Assembly (NCBI GenBank): GCA_002269645.1 | Contig: NIVC01000731.1 | Span: forward strand, 395,048-459,047 | DNA: 64,000 nucleotides | Reading direction: 5' to 3' | Source of the DNA: Macrostomum lignano | Lineage: Eukaryota | Shown here: positions 59,428 through 64,000 of the stretch, one piece after another | How positions within the stretch are numbered: position 1 is the stretch's first letter | Layout of the letters: the number at the start of each line of letters is the position of its first letter | Position numbers and translations under genes: made by a program | Notes under the pieces: model-generated | The model's database searches: none | What the model saw: only the letters and a program-made list of their open reading frames with translations | What the model was told of the DNA's origin: nothing

Positions 59428-61093
59428 ATGCCGCCGCTGACCCCGGCGACCGGCTGCCGGCTGTGCTCAATATGCGGCGACCGCGCCACGGGCCGGCACT
59501 ACTCGGCCTACTCCTGCGAGGGCTGCAAGGGCTTCTTCAAGCGGACGGTGCGCAAGTCGCTGCGCTACACCTGCCGGGATTCGCGGCGCTGCCGCATCGA
59601 CAAGCGGCAGAGGAACCGCTGCCAGTACTGCCGCTACATGAAGTGCCTGGCGGCCGGGATGCAGCGGGAGGCTGTGCAGGAGGAGCGGAACCGCCTGGCC
59701 GGCGGCGACCGCCTGGTGGGCCCGAGCGCTGAGGCGCCGAGTCCCGGAGCCGCCACAGCCGCGGCCGCCGCCGACCTGCTGCCGTTGCCGCCGGCCGGCC
59801 GGAGCCGCCGCTGCCGCTCGCCCGTCTCGGCAGCTTCGCCAGGTCGCCGCTCGAATCCGACGAGCTCCGCCGCCGCCTGCTCGACGCGGAAGCCGCCTGG
59901 GAAGCCGCATCGACTGGCGCTGAGGTGGCGGGGCCGCGCAGCTGCTGGCCTGGACCGTCTGGCTGCTGCCCGTGGCGCGGCTGCCGCCAACAGACTGGGC
60001 CAGGCTGCTCGTGGCCTGCTGGCGGGAACTGCAGGTAAGCCTCCTAAAAATCGCCCTGGGCTAATAGAAATCGCCCTGAACTAAAAAAAATCGCCCTGAG
60101 CTAATAAAAATCGCCTTGAGCTAACAAAAATCGCCCTGAGCTAATAAAAAATTGCTCTGAGCTAATGGAAATCGCCCTGAGCTAATAAAAAATCGCCCTG
60201 AGCTAACGAAAATCGCCCTCAACTAAAAGAAATCGCCCTGAGCTAATAAAAATCGCCCTGGGCTAATAGAAATCACCCTGAACTAAAAGAAATCGCCCTG
60301 AGCTAATAAAAATCGCCTTGAGCTAACAAAAATCGCCCTGAGCTAACAAAAATTGCCCTGAGCTAACAAAAATCGCTCTGAGCTAATAGAAATCGCCCTG
60401 AGCTAACAAAAATCGCCCTGAGCTAACAAAAATCGCCCTGAGCTAATAAAAAATCGCTCTGAGCTAATAGAAATCGCCCTGAGCTAATAAAAAATCGCCC
60501 TGAGCTAACAAAAATCGCTCTGAGCTAAAAGAAATCGGCCTGAGCTAATAAAAAATCGCCCTGAGCTAACAAAAATCGCCCTGAACTAAAAGAAATCGCC
60601 CTGAGCTAACAAAAATCGCCCTGAGCTGACAAAAAATCGCCCTGAGCTAATAAATCAATCCCCCTAACTGTCCCCTAGGTGGCAGCACTGGCCAGCAGCA
60701 GTTCCCGAGCTGTCAATCAGAGCCACTGCTCAGCTCGCTGACGCCATTCGTCACCTGCGGCCGGAGCGGCTCGAGCTCGCCTGCCTGAAGGCCGCCGTGC
60801 TGCTCAAGCCGGAGGTGCCGGGCCTCCGCTGCCCGGAGCTCGTGAGCCGAGCCAGGCAGCAGGTGTACCAGACTCTCGAGCTGCACTGCTCAGCGCAGCC
60901 CGGCCGCTACTGCCGCCTGCTGCTGCGGCTGCCGGCCCTCCGTTCCTGCAGCCTCCGCTGCTGCCATCTGCCGGAGCCTCCGCCGCTGTCGCTGCTGGCC
61001 GAAGCCTCGCCGCCTCCGCCGCAGTCGAGGAAGTTGGCACCGAGCCAGACGCTACCGGCGATGTCGCGGAAGTTGCCGGCGACGCCGAGTTAA
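59428..61093 (+). CDS. RXR: RXR/USP-like nuclear receptor (NR2B-type DBD, divergent LBD), 2 exons, with apparent frameshifts
   Basis: [34 protein letters not shown]...[10 protein letters not shown]-box [11 protein letters not shown] pieces lie in successive frames: [22 protein letters not shown]...[10 protein letters not shown] (donor 60035), then from 60679 VAALASS and [14 protein letters not shown]...[10 protein letters not shown]. The start may be further upstream (ATG 59299 or acceptor 59368). Confidence 0.85.
60045..60655 (+). repeat. 20-21-bp minisatellite filling the RXR intron
   Basis: Unit AAAATCGCCCTGAGCTAA(T/C)A, ~29 copies. Confidence 0.96.
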
Positions 61094-61584
61094 GAGAAGA
61101 GAGCTCAGCCTCTTTTATGCCTCATCATGGCAAAGGATTTGGCTGGAGCAGCTGCGGCGGCAGCCGTGATGCCGCGGTCTGCCGGGCCTCAGCGGCAGGT
61201 TGCCGGAGCCGGCCGGCACAAAACTGACCGCACTGCTCTCCGCTCCTTTGCCTTTTATATGCATATATTTCTATTTTCCTGAGCGAGTAGTCAGTCGCGG
61301 CTGTTACTGTCGATGTTTAAATTTCTGCGCCAGAGAAAAATTCGCCTTTTCATTTGCTCATCGCCCGCCTTGCTGCTTCTGCTTGTGAGAGTTTTGCTGT
61401 GCTGTGGGATCCCAAATCTACATTGCTTTTTCTAATCCAGCATTTGCTGCCAATGTCCTGCATTGCAGCGAAGGCTGAGCTTACTCAACTTGAGTCCTCT
61501 GCTGCTGATTCCCGAATCTGAGACCCCAATGTCGTGGATTGTGGACTTGAAATAATATGAAATCACTAAATCCATGACTAAATC

Positions 61585-61960
61585 CTAATCCCAAATCCTA
61601 AACAACACGTCCTAAATCTCCAGCAGGTCCCGAATCCTAAAAAAGATCCCACATCCTCAAAAAGACCCCAAATCCCAGAGAAGATCCCAAATCCCCAAAA
61701 GATTCAAAATCCCAAATAATATCCCACAGAAAGTTCATACATCCCAAAAAGACCCAAAATCCCAGAAAAGACCCCAAATCCCAAAAAAGATCCCAAATCC
61801 CAGAGAAGCTCCCAAATCCCAAATAAAATCCCACATCCCACAGAAAGTTCATACATCCCAAAAAGACCCCAAATCCCAGAGAAGATACCAAATCCCAAAA
61901 GATCCCAAGTCCCAAAAAGACCCCAAGTCCCAAAGAAGATCACGAATCCCAAGAACAGAT
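61585..61960 (+). repeat. Degenerate CCCAAAT/AGAAAAGA-type low-complexity tandem repeat
   Basis: Recurring CCCAAATCCC, AGAAAAGATCCC and AGAAAGTTCATACATCCC blocks. Confidence 0.75.
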
Positions 61961-62305
61961 CCCGCATTATATAGAACACAGATTGCTCAGCACTACTTCT
62001 CTCTGTACTCGACTGCCCTGCAAGCTCATGGGGCTCTCTGCCAGTTTGCTATTCTCTGCTTATTTCCGAGCCTCAGAGGCCGCCCCTCAGCCTTCCGCTT
62101 TCCGCCTGGCCGAAAAAAAACAGCGCCAGCGCCCTGAGTCTTTGATGAAGTTGCCGCCCGCTCGGGTTGCCTGGCTGAAGAGCATTGTCACGCCTTTTAA
62201 AACCGAAACTGGTCTTTTGAGTTTCTGGCTTCTGGATTTCTGTATTTTGCTGCTTCGGTAAAAGGGGATTTCACTTGGTGTTAAACGGGGAATATGCTCT
62301 TCCAG

Positions 62306-62582
62306 AAAGTTACAGACAAATACAGACAATTACAGACAATTACAGAAGGTTACAGACAATTACATATAAGTTACAGAAAGTTACAGACAATTACAGAAAG
62401 TTACAGACAATTACAGAAAGTTACAGACAATTACAGAAAGTTACAGACAATTACAGAAAGTTACAGACAATTACAGAAAGTTACAGACAATTACAGAAAG
62501 TTACAGACAATTACAGAAAGTTACAGACAATTACAGAAAGTTACAGATTATTACAGAAAGTTACAGACAATTACAGAAAGCT
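62306..62582 (+). repeat. 20-bp (10+10) tandem repeat
   Basis: TTACAGACAATTACAGAAAG units. Confidence 0.95.
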
Positions 62583-62757
62583 ACAACTCTTTCGGCATGA
62601 AGACTAAAGCTGCAGTCGTACTTTACGAGTCACAAGCAAGAGATTGAAGCTGCTCTGACTGCAGATTATAGATCTAAGAACCTACTGCAGAACTACAGTT
62701 ACTTGAATACTGCAGTTACATGTAAAGACAGTTCAGCCCAGCTTCCAAGCGGCTTCA

Positions 62758-64000
62758 TCAGCCCAGCTGCTCCGCAGTCGGCAACAGCGGCCTGTCCTCG
62801 CCATCGTCTGCATAGCCGGCAGCCTCCGGAGGCCCCTCGTCCTCGTAGACCAGCTGCAGCGAGCGGGCAAGCCGCAGGGCGAACAGCCGCCAGAAGGCGA
62901 GGCTCAGCAGCAGCAGCGCCAGCAGCAGCGAGTGGTAGACGAACAGCAGAGGCGGCTTGCCGGAGCTCGGCTGCAGGATCGGGTTGTCGGGCGGCAGGCG
63001 GTTGCAGATGGCGACAATACAGCGGCTGGCCAAGTTCGCGAGACCCCACACAGTCAGCATGATGCCGAAAATCAGTGGCATTGCGCGTCCGCTCGAAGCT
63101 GTCCATCAGCTCGTAGGCGGCACCATCGTCAGCGCGGCGGCGGTCGCGTCCACCACTGTAGAAGCGGTGTACACCGCGGACACGGCCACCGGATCGGCCA
63201 GCCCAACGCCACTGACTGCCGCCAGCGCCAGCTCCAGGGCCGCCTCATGACGATGCCCGCCAGGAGCCGCGGCTGCACTGGGAGACGTCTGCGACTACGC
63301 AGGCAGCAGGCGGCGACCACCAGACCTCCGTTGACGGCCACCAGGCTGACTGCCAGCAGCGCGCCGCCTGAGAGGTCGCTAGGCCGGAAGTCTTCGCCGC
63401 TGGAGTTGGCGATGAGCGGCTGCAGCGCCCGCTGCGCGTTGAAGGCCGAGGACCGGTCATCGCACAGACCCGCCAGGAAGGGGATCAGCGTCCCGAAGAC
63501 GATGCAGCTGCGCTTCAGACGGCTCCGAGTCGGCAGCAGGACGTGCCCGCAGTCACAGCAGCTTCGGGAACGGCGGCGGCGAGCCGTGTCGAGCTGCCCG
63601 GAGCTCGGCGCCATCGCGGCTGCTGCGTCAAGCCGCGGCAGCGCTAGGAAGGCGAGAGCGGCAAAGGCGAGGGCGAAGGCCAGCCAGACGAGGCTGCAGT
63701 GCTTGCCAACGCTCGGGTTGGTCAGCAGGTGCTGCACCTGGATGCCCACAAACAGGCCGGCCGCGGAGGACATGTAGACGAGCGCGCAGAGCACCGTGCG
63801 GCGCTGCGGCCTCGTCCGCTTGCTCAGCACTGCGTACATCACGTTGGGGATCACCAGGCCGTTGTAGACCAGCATGAGGGCGCAGGCGGTCAGCGCGCGC
63901 CAGAGTCCGGGCGCCACTGGTCGGTGTACACGGCGCCGGCCATGGCGCCAGCCGATGCCAGCAGAACGCAGCCGCCCAGCTGCAGGGTGCGCACGTGCCG
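62758..64000 (-). CDS. MFS-like transporter, copy 2 (inverted paralog of 7558-9045; 5' end off the window; several small deletions)
   Basis: Largely co-linear with copy 1 on reverse-complement comparison. At least six 1-nt deletions in CC/GG runs plus one 2-nt deletion fragment the ORF; the tail ends EDRPLLPTAEQLG. Confidence 0.8.

Noticed and set aside
59428-64000. Calling RXR, APEX2, abLIM and transporter copy 2 pseudogenes
   Set aside because: The lesions are mostly small deletions in homopolymer runs with conserved motifs otherwise intact, so sequencing error is more parsimonious until reads are checked.

Overview
Eukaryotic (animal) genomic DNA. GC-rich spliced genes sit among AT-rich transposon debris, tRNA-derived SINEs and more than 20 different minisatellite/microsatellite arrays. 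The overall style resembles the flatworm Macrostomum (inference only, not verified). Reconstructed genes: two tandem minus-strand paralogs of an unusual 'headless and tailless' cadherin-like protein (signal peptide, one degenerate EC-like domain, NC-like domain, EGF/LamG modules, TM, ~25-aa tail); a 4-EF-hand calmodulin-like gene; an intronless MFS/POT-like transporter present twice in inverted orientation; a BACE-like aspartic protease whose second catalytic Asp is His; an orphan gene; a 2-LIM abLIM; APEX2; and a divergent RXR. From ~36.8 kb onward several genes carry small frameshifts, mostly 1-nt deletions in CC/GG runs where the base can be located, which look like long-read consensus errors rather than pseudogenisation. 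Other notable structure: a 2.26-kb CpG-free block enriched in TAGGCCTA, a foldback element with a MITE nested in each arm, a minisatellite born from a SINE head, and an AP-1-motif array upstream of APEX2. No CRISPR array, rRNA or bona fide tRNA gene was found. All exon models were read by hand; repeat boundaries are approximate.
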